Shown: piece by piece, positions 41,264 to 52,110 of the stretch
How positions within the stretch are numbered: position 1 is the first letter of the stretch
How the letters are laid out: each line of letters begins with the position of its first letter
Source of the DNA: an uncultured virus (IMG/VR IMGVR_UViG_3300031994_000074)
Taxonomy: Duplodnaviria; Heunggongvirae; Uroviricota; Caudoviricetes
Length of the DNA stretch: 64,000 nucleotides
IMG/VR virus record: IMGVR_UViG_3300031994_000074
Reading direction: 5' to 3' (one strand)
Notes under the pieces: model-generated
Told to the model about the DNA's origin: nothing
What the model saw: the letters and a program-made list of their open reading frames with translations, nothing else
Database searches by the model: none
Position numbers and translations under genes: made by a program

Positions 41264-42831
41264 ACGAGATCGAGTTTGAGATCGAACCGCTTGAGCCGAA
41301 AGAGATTGAGTTCGATGTCGATCCGGACGAGCCTGTTAAGATCGGCGTGTCCGTCCATGCCGGGGACGACGTGAACGCGGCCCGCGCGGAAGCATGGGCG
41401 GTCGGGGAGCGCGGCGGGGTGCCGGTGGCCGAGGACGATCCCACGCATGAGAACAACGCCAAGTGGTACGCGGAGCAGGCGGGGCAGAGCGCCCGGAACG
41501 CAGAAGCCAGCGCAGAATCGGCAGAGCAGAGTGCGGGGCGCGCGGCTGAATCCGCAACGAACGCGCAGAACATGGCAGGAGAGGCCGGGCGCTGGGCTTC
41601 TGAAGCGAATCAGGCGATGGGAAGCGCTGTAGAGGCAATGCGGACGGCCATTCTTGCACATCAGGCGGCAGAACGGGCGAAGGACAGCGCAGAGCAATCC
41701 GCGGCAGCCGCCACTGCCAAGGCCGGAGAAGCGGCAGAGAGCGCGTCAAACGCGGAGATTCAAGCGAACCGGGCGGCACGGGAACGGCAGAACGCCGAGA
41801 ACGCTGCCGGGGCAGCGCAGATTGGCGCGGAAGATGCATCTGCTGCTGCGCAGCGGTCGAGCGGATACGCCACGGAAGCGAAGCAGGCAAAGCAGGCGGC
41901 AGAAGGACAGGCCGCGCTTGCGGATGGATACGCAAGGGATTCGAAGACAGCACAGGAAGCGGCTGAAGCGGCGGCGGCAAGTATCCAGAACGCATCCGCG
42001 CGGGCGAGCACGCTTGCCCCGGGATCTGAAGCCACGGCGGTGATCGTTACCGAAGAAGGTGCGAAGGTTTTCGTGCTGGGCATTCCGCAGGGGGCGAAGG
42101 GCGACACCGGCGCGAAGGGCGAAAAGGGCGACGCCTTTGAGGTCTACCGCACGTATGCAAGCATCGCCCTGATGGAAGCGGACGCGGCGAATGTCCCGGT
42201 CGGAAAGTTTGTGATGATCTCCTCCACGGTTGAAGACCCGGACAACGCAAAACTGTACGTCCGCACGGAGAACGGTTTCGGGTTTATCACGGACTTCTCC
42301 GGCGCGCAGGGTATTAAGGGCGACACGGGCAACGGTATCGCCTCGGCAGTGCTGAACAGCGATTACACACTGACGTTTACGTTCACGGACGGGAGCACGT
42401 ACACGACCGGTTCTATCCGGGGCGAGACCGGCCTGACGGGGAACGGGATCGCCAGCGTGGCACTGAACCCGAACTATACGCTGACGATCACGTACACGGA
42501 CGGGAGCACCTACACGACCGATTCCATCCGGGGAGAGAAGGGTGAGACGGGCGACACCGGGAACGGCATCGAAAGCGCCGCACTGAACGCGGACTACACG
42601 CTGACGCTGACGTTTACGAACGGGACGGAATACACCACACCGTCGATTCGTGGACCGCAGGGGCCTGCCGGAGATCCCATCAGTCTGATTGACGATACCG
42701 CCGGAGACGGGGCGACCGGGAAGACCTGGAGCGCGGACAAGCTCTATGACTTTCATCGGGCATTGAGAGGAATTGGTTTAGATATCGAAGATGGTATTTT
42801 GGTCATCGAACCGGTGACTGAAATTGCATAA
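41260..42831 (+). CDS. tail fibre protein with Ala-rich coiled coil and collagen-like repeats
   Basis: GAKGDTGAKGEKGD; three GNGIAS-LN-DYTLT-TFTDG modules. Confidence 0.8.
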   Translation: MNEIEFEIEPLEPKEIEFDVDPDEPVKIGVSVHAGDDVNAARAEAWAVGERGGVPVAEDDPTHENNAKWYAEQAGQSARNAEASAESAEQSAGRAAESATNAQNMAGEAGRWASEANQAMGSAVEAMRTAILAHQAAERAKDSAEQSAAAATAKAGEAAESASNAEIQANRAARERQNAENAAGAAQIGAEDASAAAQRSSGYATEAKQAKQAAEGQAALADGYARDSKTAQEAAEAAAASIQNASARASTLAPGSEATAVIVTEEGAKVFVLGIPQGAKGDTGAKGEKGDAFEVYRTYASIALMEADAANVPVGKFVMISSTVEDPDNAKLYVRTENGFGFITDFSGAQGIKGDTGNGIASAVLNSDYTLTFTFTDGSTYTTGSIRGETGLTGNGIASVALNPNYTLTITYTDGSTYTTDSIRGEKGETGDTGNGIESAALNADYTLTLTFTNGTEYTTPSIRGPQGPAGDPISLIDDTAGDGATGKTWSADKLYDFHRALRGIGLDIEDGILVIEPVTEIA

Positions 42832-42849
42832 CAGAAAGGAGACAGTACA

Positions 42850-45123
42850 GTGAGTACACCCAGAACGCCTTTTTATCCAATGACACATGACGATGCTGAA
42901 CGGATCGCAGGTGCGCTTGAGATTATCTCCCGTGACAGCGTTGCTCATACGCCGCAGATTTCGATTGGCACAGTGACTACTGTACCGGCAGGGAGCAATG
43001 CGACTGCATCAATTACCGGAGATAGTGATGATCTGAAACTGAATCTTGGTATTCCACGTGGCGCATCCGGTGATGAGGTGATTGATGACACCGCCGGGGA
43101 CGGAGTGACGGACCGCACTTGGAGTACGGACAAGCTGACGGAAGAGTTTTCGAACCTGAATTTGGAAAAGGTAGACAAGGAAGCCGGAAAAGGACTTTCC
43201 ACCAACGATTACACTAATGAAGAGAAGTTAAAGAATGCTAACAATGCGTCCGCCATCTCTGATCTTAATAGGGCTTTTGATGGTAACTTTGGCATAACTT
43301 ATACAGAATCACCGGGTTATATTTCAAATACGGGGTCAATTAGCGCACAATCTGGAACAAATTTGGAAGTATACACAAGTTATATTCCGTTCGTAGTTGG
43401 TCAAACTATTGATTTCAAATTAGTAAAGTCAAATGAAAGTTACGGGCATTGGGTTGCTTATGCGACCTACGATAAAGACCAAACATTTATTAAAAGGATT
43501 AATATTTCAAACAATGAAATAAGCAAATCTTTTGAAAAAACTATCGAAACGATAGATTCTAATTGCAGATATATCAGAATAACGTATAGAAGTTATGGTA
43601 GCGAAGCAGAAATTGTCTTCACAAACGTTGAAAATTCAGTAAACAAAGCGTTGATAGCGGCTATAAAACTTGATGGTGGTAGCGAAGATGTTGATATTCT
43701 TAAAATTAAAACAAAAAACACTTTGGTTCCAGAACTACGCAACGGAAGTGACGGAAATCCATCTAATGCATACAGTATAAGCACGAAGTACATCTTTCCG
43801 ATTGACTTCACGAAGGATAGTATTCTTGTTGAATATACAGGTAACGCAAGTCTCGCTGATTCATATTATTTCGGTTATTGCTTATTTAATGGCGCAACGG
43901 ATGGGATGACATCTTCTGCGGCGTTTGACAGTTCTGGAATTACAAAAAAACAGTATAACAATAATGCGAATCTCCAAGTATATAAACCGGGGTTTGAAGT
44001 GCAAACAAAGGAACTGACTGGATACGATCATATCATGTTCTTCCTGTTCAGATCACTGAACGGGTCGCAAGTCCCACTGCGGATAGCAACAGATCAGCAC
44101 AGCCTTAGAATTACATGGAAAATCAATTATGGAATAAATGATCGTGATGTTGACTTTTCTGAAACGAAGCACGATCTTTTGTATGCCAAACACGCAACAG
44201 GGAATGCCGGGACAAGATTAACCATTCTGCATTTCAGCGATCTGCATAAAGACACGGGCGCACTTGCAAGGATTATGGACGATGCAAAATTCTTTGAATA
44301 CGATGATGCGATCTGCACGGGGGATATGGTTGATAACACATACGAACAGATTTCATCATGGTGGGATGCTTCCGTACTGACCTGTATCGGAAACCATGAC
44401 TCCGCATCGTATTCAAGCGGATCAGGGTATAACTGGACAGCACTGAGCATGGCAAACCGAAGCGCATATTATATCGAACCGTTTGAAAGCGGGTGGGGTA
44501 TCACGCATACTTCCGGGAAATCCTATTATTACAAGGATTATTCTGATGCGAAAGTCCGTCTGATTGTCATGGATGCAATGCTCTATACGGATAACGGGCA
44601 GGACGCAACAGACCAAACAACGTGGCTGTCAGGTCTGCTTTCGTCTGCGATTACTAACAACCTTCATGTCCTGATTGCTATTCATGCTCCGCACGGCGGG
44701 GCAACGGCAGAAGATTGTTCTTTCAGCCGATATGGTCAGACAGAAATGCCTACCCATACAGATTGCAACACACCGCAAGCTGTGATTGATGCAGTATCAT
44801 CGGCAATCACTTCCGGCCTTCATTTCATTGGCTATATTGTCGGACATACGCATCAGGATAACGTTTGGGATGCGGAAGGGGACGGGAAACAATTGATGTA
44901 TTGCATCACTTGTGCTTCTGTATCCAATGTGAATCAGTGGAAAAATTCCGATCAGCATAGGGACACGGAAAACGATGCGTATAACATCATCACGATTGAC
45001 ACAGCAAATTCTCTTGTAAAAATCCTCCGTGGCGGCGGCGCGAACATAGATGACCACATGAGGACACGGAAGGCAATCTGCTTCAACTATTCGACCGGGG
45101 AAAAGGTTGGAGAAGTATTGTAA
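42850..45123 (+). CDS. tail-fibre-type N-terminus fused to a calcineurin-like metallophosphoesterase
   Basis: LNLGIPRG and KVDKEAGKGLSTNDYT at the N-terminus; FSDLH, TGD, GNHD, GHTH at the C-terminus. Confidence 0.8.
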   Translation: MSTPRTPFYPMTHDDAERIAGALEIISRDSVAHTPQISIGTVTTVPAGSNATASITGDSDDLKLNLGIPRGASGDEVIDDTAGDGVTDRTWSTDKLTEEFSNLNLEKVDKEAGKGLSTNDYTNEEKLKNANNASAISDLNRAFDGNFGITYTESPGYISNTGSISAQSGTNLEVYTSYIPFVVGQTIDFKLVKSNESYGHWVAYATYDKDQTFIKRINISNNEISKSFEKTIETIDSNCRYIRITYRSYGSEAEIVFTNVENSVNKALIAAIKLDGGSEDVDILKIKTKNTLVPELRNGSDGNPSNAYSISTKYIFPIDFTKDSILVEYTGNASLADSYYFGYCLFNGATDGMTSSAAFDSSGITKKQYNNNANLQVYKPGFEVQTKELTGYDHIMFFLFRSLNGSQVPLRIATDQHSLRITWKINYGINDRDVDFSETKHDLLYAKHATGNAGTRLTILHFSDLHKDTGALARIMDDAKFFEYDDAICTGDMVDNTYEQISSWWDASVLTCIGNHDSASYSSGSGYNWTALSMANRSAYYIEPFESGWGITHTSGKSYYYKDYSDAKVRLIVMDAMLYTDNGQDATDQTTWLSGLLSSAITNNLHVLIAIHAPHGGATAEDCSFSRYGQTEMPTHTDCNTPQAVIDAVSSAITSGLHFIGYIVGHTHQDNVWDAEGDGKQLMYCITCASVSNVNQWKNSDQHRDTENDAYNIITIDTANSLVKILRGGGANIDDHMRTRKAICFNYSTGEKVGEVL

Positions 45124-45142
45124 TGATGTAAAGTGGCCAACG

Positions 45143-45288
45143 GCTTTGGTGATGGAATAGGTAGACATGGCGAGATTCAGGGGACGGGAGTACGGATAAA
45201 AACGTAATGGTACTGCTCCAAACGGTTCGATACCGTATAAGCTGTGCAGACGTCGGCACATGTGAGGTGCAAATCCTCACCCAAAGCA
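45143..45288 (+). ncRNA. tRNA-like ncRNA, resembling the skipping-rope motif (copy 1)
   Basis: closing stem GCTTTGG/CCAAAGC; GATGGAATAGGTAGACAT D-arm-like; GTGAGG-TGCAAAT-CCTCAC T-arm-like. Confidence 0.65.
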
Positions 45289-45365
45289 TTATTAACAGAA
45301 GTGACCTTTAAGTTAGATAGCAATGGCTAACAATTGGTATCAATACACACCGATATGGAAATGAT

Positions 45366-45565
45366 GATGCGGTGGCGGAATAGACATGTGAAAATCAAGA
45401 TGCTGGAAGACCCGGTGAGATCAGAAGCATGGTAAAGTCGGCTGACCATGGCAGCACTGGACAGGTAAGCCAGGAAGACAATAGTAGACGCAGCTTGCTG
45501 GTTGGCGGCAGGATAAAACCAGCGTACGTGATAGCCATGTGAGGTGCAAATCCTCACCCGCATTT
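45366..45565 (+). ncRNA. tRNA-like ncRNA, resembling the skipping-rope motif (copy 2, with an insert in the D-like loop)
   Basis: GATGCGG/CCGCATT; TGGCGGAATAG...GTAGACGC; CATGTGAGGTGCAAATCCTCAC. Confidence 0.65.
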
Positions 45566-45590
45566 TCATTAAAGAAGGGGGCCACTGCCC

Positions 45591-45773
45591 TCAGTAGCCC
45601 TTCTTCTTCAACCATTCGTCCAGAGCCTTCTGGATGCACCATGACCGGGGGCGTTCTTCCTCTGCCATGTACTTCTCCAGACGCTCAATGATGGACGGCG
45701 GCAGCGTAATGTTGAACCGCTCAAAACCCTGCTCTTCGATGCCACGGAGAGAGCGACCACCATTGATACCCAC
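45591..45773 (-). CDS. ribbon-helix-helix (CopG-like) regulator
   Basis: RFNITLPPSIIERLEKY...RSWCIQKALDEWL; aggaggtg RBS. Confidence 0.75.
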   Translation of the reverse strand: MGINGGRSLRGIEEQGFERFNITLPPSIIERLEKYMAEEERPRSWCIQKALDEWLKKKGY

Positions 45774-45926
45774 CGATATCACCTCCTGCACATAGGATAT
45801 CTGATTTAAAGGCAGGATTGCAATGGCGATCAATGGCGACCTGTAAGCATTGATATGTAATGGGTTGAGCAATATTGAACTTTTGGGGAAAGACTTTAGG
45901 TCATTAACGAAAGAAGGGTGAAGCAT

Positions 45927-46022
45927 ATGACAGTTCTTGGCTGGCTCGGCGTGATCCTGGTGGCGATCTGTTTTGTGACGGTCCTCATAATCTGCCTGCC
46001 AGACAAATTCGGCAGGAAATAA
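45927..46022 (+). CDS. 31-aa single-TM peptide
   Basis: MTVLGWLGVILVAICFVTVLIICLPDKFGRK with RBS. Confidence 0.45.
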   Translation: MTVLGWLGVILVAICFVTVLIICLPDKFGRK

Positions 46023-46052
46023 TTGACACAATACCACACATCGCAATATAAT
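46023..46052 (+). promoter_or_regulatory. promoter upstream of the lysis genes
   Basis: TTGACA-18 bp-TATAAT. Confidence 0.6.
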
Positions 46053-46091
46053 TAATGCAGAATGTGTTAACTGGGAGAAGGTGAGCAGGAG

Positions 46092-46406
46092 ATGGGCGAG
46101 ATCAGAATCGATCCAAAGAAACAGTTCAGCAAGCGGTTGGCTCGATGGACTGCTGTCTTCTGGTTTGTGTATCTTCTTTGGTTGTCGGCCATCATGCTGC
46201 TTGAACCAAGCACGGCAATGTACGCATTCTACATGTCCATCGTTACTTCTGTCGTGATGATCGTCAACGTTTTAAGCTATACGCATAACAGCGTTGTTGA
46301 GAAACTTGCTTTTGCCGCTTTGTCAAAAGCAAAACTGGAAATAAACATTGGCGGCAAGGACAAGTTATCTTCTGACGACAGCGAAGAGGATGGAGGGAAT
46401 GGGTAA
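46092..46406 (+). CDS. two-TM membrane protein (holin-like)
   Basis: KQFSK followed by two hydrophobic helices. Confidence 0.6.
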   Translation: MGEIRIDPKKQFSKRLARWTAVFWFVYLLWLSAIMLLEPSTAMYAFYMSIVTSVVMIVNVLSYTHNSVVEKLAFAALSKAKLEINIGGKDKLSSDDSEEDGGNG

Positions 46407-46499
46407 GTACGACGAGGGCTCTATTGCACGGATAGAAAAAATTGCAGAGTAAGGGATCGAGCGTGAAGGAACAGGAGCAGAAAGAGAGGTGATGGCGGT

Positions 46500-47300
46500 G
46501 TGAAACAAATCTATCAGCAGTTGATACAGTTATTCCTGCAAATGATTCAGAAGATCAAATCATTGAACCCGGCCTATAAACAGCCGGGGGACGGGAGCAA
46601 CGGCGTATGCGACTGCATCGGGCTTATTATCGGGGCAATTCGCAGGATGGGACTTCGTTGGAATGGGATTCACGGGAGCAATTATGCCGCGCGGTTTATG
46701 ACAGACGGCCTTGCCTACATCTCCAGCCTGTCAGAATTGGAGCTGGGCGATTGCGTTTACAAAGCCGTTCATCATGGCGGCAGAGGGCAGAAACCGTGCA
46801 ATGGCGGCACGTTCGTACACGAGTGGAAACTTCCCGACCGCTACCAGAAAGGCTCATTATATACGCCAGATAATCAGCTGGACTTCTACCATGTTGGTGT
46901 TGTGACAAGCGTGAATCCGCTCCGGATCACGCACATGACCAGTCCGCATATGAAGGTAGACACAAGCATAGGCAACTGGAATTATCACGGGAAGATCAAG
47001 CCCATCGTAGAAGCCGCCGAGAAAGGATCCGTGCCCGTTCCGGAACCTGCACCGACTCCGACTTCACCCGTTCCGTCCGCGGGCGTAAAAGCCATCGTGG
47101 AAGCGGAAAACGGCAAGCCCGTGAAGATGAGAGAGTATCCGTCGACAAAGTGTGCAACATGGGAGAACGTCCCGTGCGGAACAGAAGTTACGGTATTGGA
47201 ACCCGGCGAGGAATGGTGCAGGATTGAGCACAGAAACCGAAAGTGGTACATGATGGCAAAGTTTGTAGACATCATTGGGGACGGCAAAGGAAAGCATTAA
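46500..47300 (+). CDS. endolysin (NlpC/P60/CHAP-like catalytic domain plus SH3-like domain)
   Basis: CDCIGL, YHVGVV, Pro/Thr linker, C-terminal SH3-like region. Confidence 0.75.
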   Translation: MKQIYQQLIQLFLQMIQKIKSLNPAYKQPGDGSNGVCDCIGLIIGAIRRMGLRWNGIHGSNYAARFMTDGLAYISSLSELELGDCVYKAVHHGGRGQKPCNGGTFVHEWKLPDRYQKGSLYTPDNQLDFYHVGVVTSVNPLRITHMTSPHMKVDTSIGNWNYHGKIKPIVEAAEKGSVPVPEPAPTPTSPVPSAGVKAIVEAENGKPVKMREYPSTKCATWENVPCGTEVTVLEPGEEWCRIEHRNRKWYMMAKFVDIIGDGKGKH

Positions 47301-47316
47301 GAGAGGGGTGAGTAAG

Positions 47317-47811
47317 ATGGAAGAGAGGAAAACACTCCTTCTCGAAGGGTTGCTTCCGACGGACGTATGGAACGCAATCATCGTGCTGTTCATCCTGTTC
47401 GGGGTGGCCGTCGCCGTACTGAAGGGGATTTCCTTCATTCGGGGCGAAATCGAGAATGGCAAGAACAAAAAGAAAATGAACAAGAAAGACATCACGGACG
47501 AGATCGCAGACAAGGTGATGGACAAGCTGACGCCGCAGATCGACGAGAAGTTCGACGAATTCAACAAGAGCTTTGACAAGAAGTTTGAGGACATCGATAC
47601 GAAATTATCGGCAGATAAGGAAGTGCTGAAATCTCACACATTCCAGCTTAACGACCACGAGGGCAGAGTGAGCAAGCTGGAGGGCGGAAATTTCGCGTTG
47701 TGCCACGGCATGCTTGCCCTGCTTGAGAGAGATCCGAATCTCGTGAAGGAACAGAAAGCGATGAAGAACTACCTGATCGATGGCAAGTATAACGAGGAGG
47801 ACTGGAAATGA
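47317..47811 (+). CDS. membrane-anchored coiled-coil protein (lysis region)
   Basis: N-terminal TM segment plus coiled coil. Confidence 0.6.
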   Translation: MEERKTLLLEGLLPTDVWNAIIVLFILFGVAVAVLKGISFIRGEIENGKNKKKMNKKDITDEIADKVMDKLTPQIDEKFDEFNKSFDKKFEDIDTKLSADKEVLKSHTFQLNDHEGRVSKLEGGNFALCHGMLALLERDPNLVKEQKAMKNYLIDGKYNEEDWK

Positions 47812-48158
47812 CGATTGACCTGACACAGATTATCCTGGCGGTGATTACCCTGCTGTTTGGTGTTTTAATGCGGTATGTGATTCCGTCCGCAAAGGAACAC
47901 ATGAACAAGGGGCAGCTTGAGCTTCTCCAGATCGCAGTGAAGACAGGCGTATATGCAGCGGAACAGCTTTACAACTCCGACCAGGGGAAGGAGAAGCGCG
48001 AGTATGTTATCAACTTCCTTAAAGAGCATGGATATATCGTTGATCCTGAAAAGATTGAAGATCCCGTAAGGGCGATGATCGAAGCGGCCGTGAAGGAACT
48101 GCGGATCGAGCAGGGACAGGGATTGACGGCTATTTTGGAGGAAACAGCGCATGGATAA
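47808..48158 (+). CDS. holin (LL-H-like)
   Basis: IDLTQII TM, VYAAEQLY...GKEKREYV, IEAAV. Confidence 0.8.
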   Translation: MTIDLTQIILAVITLLFGVLMRYVIPSAKEHMNKGQLELLQIAVKTGVYAAEQLYNSDQGKEKREYVINFLKEHGYIVDPEKIEDPVRAMIEAAVKELRIEQGQGLTAILEETAHG

Positions 48159-48432
48159 TAACGATTGCGCAATGATTCCGTACTTTGCACATGAAGGTGA
48201 GATGGCCCGTATGGAGCGGGCAAACAGAAGACTGTGGATTGTTGTTATCCTGCTGATCGTGATGCTCGTCGGAACGAACCTGGCATGGGTCATCTATGAA
48301 AGCCAGTTTCAGGATGTCGTGATTGAGCAGGACGCGGACACAAGTTTCGGCGGCAACAACTATATGAACGGTACGGGGGAGTTCAGCTATGGCACACGCA
48401 CACCAGACAATCCGGATTCGGGTGAACCGTAA
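48151..48432 (+). CDS. single-TM hypothetical protein
   Basis: MARMERANRRLW followed by a TM segment. Confidence 0.65.
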   Translation: MDNNDCAMIPYFAHEGEMARMERANRRLWIVVILLIVMLVGTNLAWVIYESQFQDVVIEQDADTSFGGNNYMNGTGEFSYGTRTPDNPDSGEP

Positions 48433-48534
48433 CGGGGGTGGGAAGGGGTCGTTTAAGCCCTGCGGAACCTGTGGCGGAACCGGTGTAGTCCGTGGTGGGA
48501 ATTCCAAACCGACCCGCACGAGGAGAAACGGCAA

Positions 48535-48750
48535 ATGAATTTCCAAACAGGTTTCAGCCGGGACGCGGTTGAACGTGCCATTGACCAGTATGTTCTGGGA
48601 AGGAACGCAGAAAGGAACAGAAGAATCATTCACGATAAACTGATCGACGGCCTTACGTTTGAGAAAATTGCCGAAAAGTACGATCTCTCCGTAACACAGG
48701 TAAAGCGCATCGTATATAATGGCGATGAAATTTTCAGGCACATAAAATAA
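48535..48750 (+). CDS. sigma region 4-like HTH protein
   Basis: IDGLTFEKIAEKYDLSVTQVKRIV. Confidence 0.75.
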   Translation: MNFQTGFSRDAVERAIDQYVLGRNAERNRRIIHDKLIDGLTFEKIAEKYDLSVTQVKRIVYNGDEIFRHIK

Positions 48751-48761
48751 ACGACACGAAA

Positions 48762-48796
48762 GAGGACCGCAAGCGACACGCTTGCGGTCTTTTTTC
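48762..48796 (+). terminator. intrinsic terminator
   Basis: gaccgcaagcg-aca-cgcttgcggtc-tttttt. Confidence 0.7.
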
Positions 48797-48848
48797 ATGC
48801 TGCTCTTTACGCCACAATTAAAGCAGAAAAACACAGGAGGATAAACAT

Positions 48849-50435
48849 ATGGGACTGACTGTTGAAGGCTATCCGAAGCAATATCACAGGAACCTGCGGA
48901 CGATTCTTGCCGAGGTTCCCGCCGACCCACAGACTGTGTACGCCATGATGCTTCTGACCGCATCCCTAATGGATCTCGATCCGGCAGATCCAGAGGTGGC
49001 GGAGATGATCCTGGATGATTGCAAGAGTGTTTTGCAGTGTGGATAAAAGCAAACCCGAACCCGTGCCGGACGGAAACAGAGGACTGTGTAGTCCGGGCAA
49101 TATCCCTTGCAACGGGGCGAACATGGAAAGAAGTCCATTGGGATTTGTGCATGCTCAGTCATCAGCTTTGCACGATGCCAAGCGTGAACTGGTTATGGGA
49201 TGAGTATTTGAAGCGACACGGCTTTCAACAGTTCCTGTTACCGGCAGACTGCCCGGAATGCGTGACGGTAAGGGATTTTTGCGCCATGTATCCGAAAGGC
49301 ACTTACATCATCGGAACAGGACACCACGCCGTTTGCGTCCGGAACGGATGCTATATGGACGCATGGGACAGCGGGGAAGAACAACCAACATATTTTTACA
49401 GGAAAAGAGGGAGAAGATAATGGCTTACAACCCAAACATGTACAGCACATACGGACAGATGTACGGAAACAGCTACGGACAGATGGTTCCGCAGATGACG
49501 TCGCCGCCCGTGCAGCAGGCGTTCGGACAGGCGCCCGTGGCTACCGGTGAGATCGTATGGGTGGACGGCGAAGTCGGCGCAAAGGCGCACCAGATTCCTC
49601 CGGGAATGACAAAGCCCGTTGCCCTGTGGGACACGAACGACACGATCATTTACCTGAAGAGTGTGAACCAGTACGGCATTCCGAACCCTATCCAGAAGAT
49701 TCATTACCGCATGGAAGAGATGGTTCCCAAGTACATGGGGCAGGAACAGGCGAAGCTTGAAAGCGGAGACAGCGAACCCAAACAGGACATGACCGGATAC
49801 GTCAGGAGAGACGAGATGGAGAGCATGAAGGAAGAACTGATGGGCGCAATCCGCTCGATGCAGCCGACCGAAGCGAAGGGAGCGAGGACGAATGGCAAAT
49901 CCGCTGTTTGACGGCCTGTATAACGGCTCTGCAAACGGAATTGGCACGACTTCACCCGTGAGTCCGGAGGCGGGCGGAATCGCCGGAAATGTGCCTCAAA
50001 TGACGATACAGGACGCGCTGCGCGAGGTGAATGAACATCCGGCGGAACTGTTTAAGCAGGCAGGGTTTAACGTGCCGAAAGAATGCATTGGAAACAACCA
50101 GGCGACGGTCATGCACCTGCTTCGGTCCGGGCAGGTTGGCGGACCGATGATGCGGATGATCGCTCCGATGCTGAACCGGATGGGCGTGAGGTAAGTCAAA
50201 TAACCGTCAAGAAGGAGGAACAGTTATGAAAGAACGGATTGAATCGAAGATTGAGGAAATTGTGGACCACATTATCAACAAACCGGTTGAGGAAGTGACG
50301 CTTGATGACTACACCGTCCTTACGAATGAACTTAAAGGAATCGAGTATAAACAGGCCCAGTCCGACAACAGCAAAAGAATGGCAGAGCTCATGTCTACTA
50401 TGGTTGCTGCTCCTGCTGGCTATAGCATTCGGTAA
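48849..50435 (+). CDS. five small conserved-type phage genes (48849-49046, 49037-49420, 49420-49911, 49892-50194, 50226-50435)
   Basis: overlapping ORFs with RBSs; 49037-49420 has DCVVRA...HAVCV...DAWDS (possible Cys-His-Asp protein). Confidence 0.65.
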
Positions 50436-50683
50436 TTAAACCTTATTTTAATTATCGGCCGGTAATTAAAATAAACGTTTCATTGCTTTATTTAACTGTA
50501 ATTGAACGAAATATGCTGATTTCATATCAGTACATATATACGAAACTGAACAATATTATTGAATAAAACGGCTGTTTTTAATCAATAAGCCGCAAAATAT
50601 TGTTCAAAACAAACATTATTGATTCTTTTCGGTGAGTGCGCATAGCCGATGAAGGATAAATAAATCGAAAGGAATCAAAAATC

Positions 50684-51568
50684 ATGACTGATAACAACGG
50701 TACTTCCTTTAACATGCCGGTCATGCCTGCCTATGGCTACGGCTATGGCAATGGTGGCAACAATGGCGGGCTGTTCGGTGGCGACCTGTGGGGCTTCCTG
50801 CTGGTACTCCTGCTTTGCGGAAATGGCATGTGGGGCGGCTTCGGCGGAGGTCTCGGCGGCATGATGTGGCCCATGATGATGGGCGGCATGGGCGGCGGAT
50901 TCGGGATGGATTACCTGTATCCGTGGCTGAACAACAGCCAGCACCTGTCTGATGGTTTCCGCGATCAGGCTCTCCAGAGTTCTATCAACGGGATCCAGAA
51001 CAGCCTGACGAGCGGATTTGGCAACGTGCAGCAGAGCCTGTGCAGCGGATTCGCAGGCGTCAACGCAACGGTCAATGCGGCACAGAATGCCATCGCGCAG
51101 CAGCTCTATGGCAACGAAATTGCCAACCTGAACCGGAGCTTTGCGGAACAGACCGCGAACGCGCAGGGATTCAACGGCGTGCAGAGTCAGCTGGCCCAGT
51201 GCTGCTGCGACAACCGGCTGGCTACCTGCCAGACCCAGAACCTGATCCAGGCGGACGGCGAAGCGACCCGGAACGCCATCCTGACTGGGGTGCAGAGCAT
51301 TAAAGACCAGCTGTGCCAGGACAAGATCGACGCGAAGAACGACGAGATTGCCCAGCTTCGGCAGACCATCGCCATGAAGGATCTGGCGGCTTCCCAGACC
51401 GCTCAGAACGCTTTCATCCAGCAGGGCTTCACCAATGAGGTGGATGCTTTGTATACGAGACTTTCCAACTGTCCCGTGCCCAGCACCCCTGTTTTTGGAC
51501 GGACTCAGATTTTTACATGCGGCGGTAACGGCAACGGATTCGGTTGCGGCTGCGGTTGCGCCGCGTAA
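50684..51568 (+). CDS. Gly-rich N-terminus, Gln/Asn coiled coil and Cys-rich conserved phage protein
   Basis: GGNNGGLFGGD TM hairpin, AQCCCDNR, GCGCGC end. Confidence 0.8.
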   Translation: MTDNNGTSFNMPVMPAYGYGYGNGGNNGGLFGGDLWGFLLVLLLCGNGMWGGFGGGLGGMMWPMMMGGMGGGFGMDYLYPWLNNSQHLSDGFRDQALQSSINGIQNSLTSGFGNVQQSLCSGFAGVNATVNAAQNAIAQQLYGNEIANLNRSFAEQTANAQGFNGVQSQLAQCCCDNRLATCQTQNLIQADGEATRNAILTGVQSIKDQLCQDKIDAKNDEIAQLRQTIAMKDLAASQTAQNAFIQQGFTNEVDALYTRLSNCPVPSTPVFGRTQIFTCGGNGNGFGCGCGCAA

Positions 51569-51655
51569 CGGATGAAAACTTACTCGCCTGAAAAAGGCTG
51601 ATGTTCTGCGGGACGGGCCGAAAACCCGTCCCGCATTGATAAGGAGGAATAAAAA

Positions 51656-52096
51656 ATGGCCTGCAAAAATGTATGCAGACTTTGCGATCATCTTGCGATT
51701 TCCACAGACGTGACGTTTGACGGAACCAATCTTGTCGTTACGCTTCCGCAGGATTCCTTCCGGGACGGTGAAAAGGTTTGCATCGTCATCGCCCAGAGCA
51801 TTCCGCCGGAGACAACGATCACGGCGCCGGTCGTGATCCAGATTGGGGATGGAACGGAACAGTATCCGCTGACCACCCGATGCTGCGCGCAGGTAACGGC
51901 CTGTGGCGTCAGGACACGGACGAAGTATTCCACGCGGGTGGTGACGTCCGCGACAGGCGGCACGTTCCGGCTTCTCGGAGATCCGGCGTGTTCTCCGAAC
52001 AACAACCTTCAGTCCATCAACGGGACTGCTCCAACCACAACAACCGCGGCAACGGACGGCCGTAAAACGACAACCGCCACAGCGAAGAAAGCATGA
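51656..52096 (+). CDS. Cys-rich hypothetical protein
   Basis: MACKNVCRLC; aggagg RBS. Confidence 0.75.
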   Translation: MACKNVCRLCDHLAISTDVTFDGTNLVVTLPQDSFRDGEKVCIVIAQSIPPETTITAPVVIQIGDGTEQYPLTTRCCAQVTACGVRTRTKYSTRVVTSATGGTFRLLGDPACSPNNNLQSINGTAPTTTTAATDGRKTTTATAKKA

Positions 52097-52110
52097 AAGG
52101 AGAACAGACC

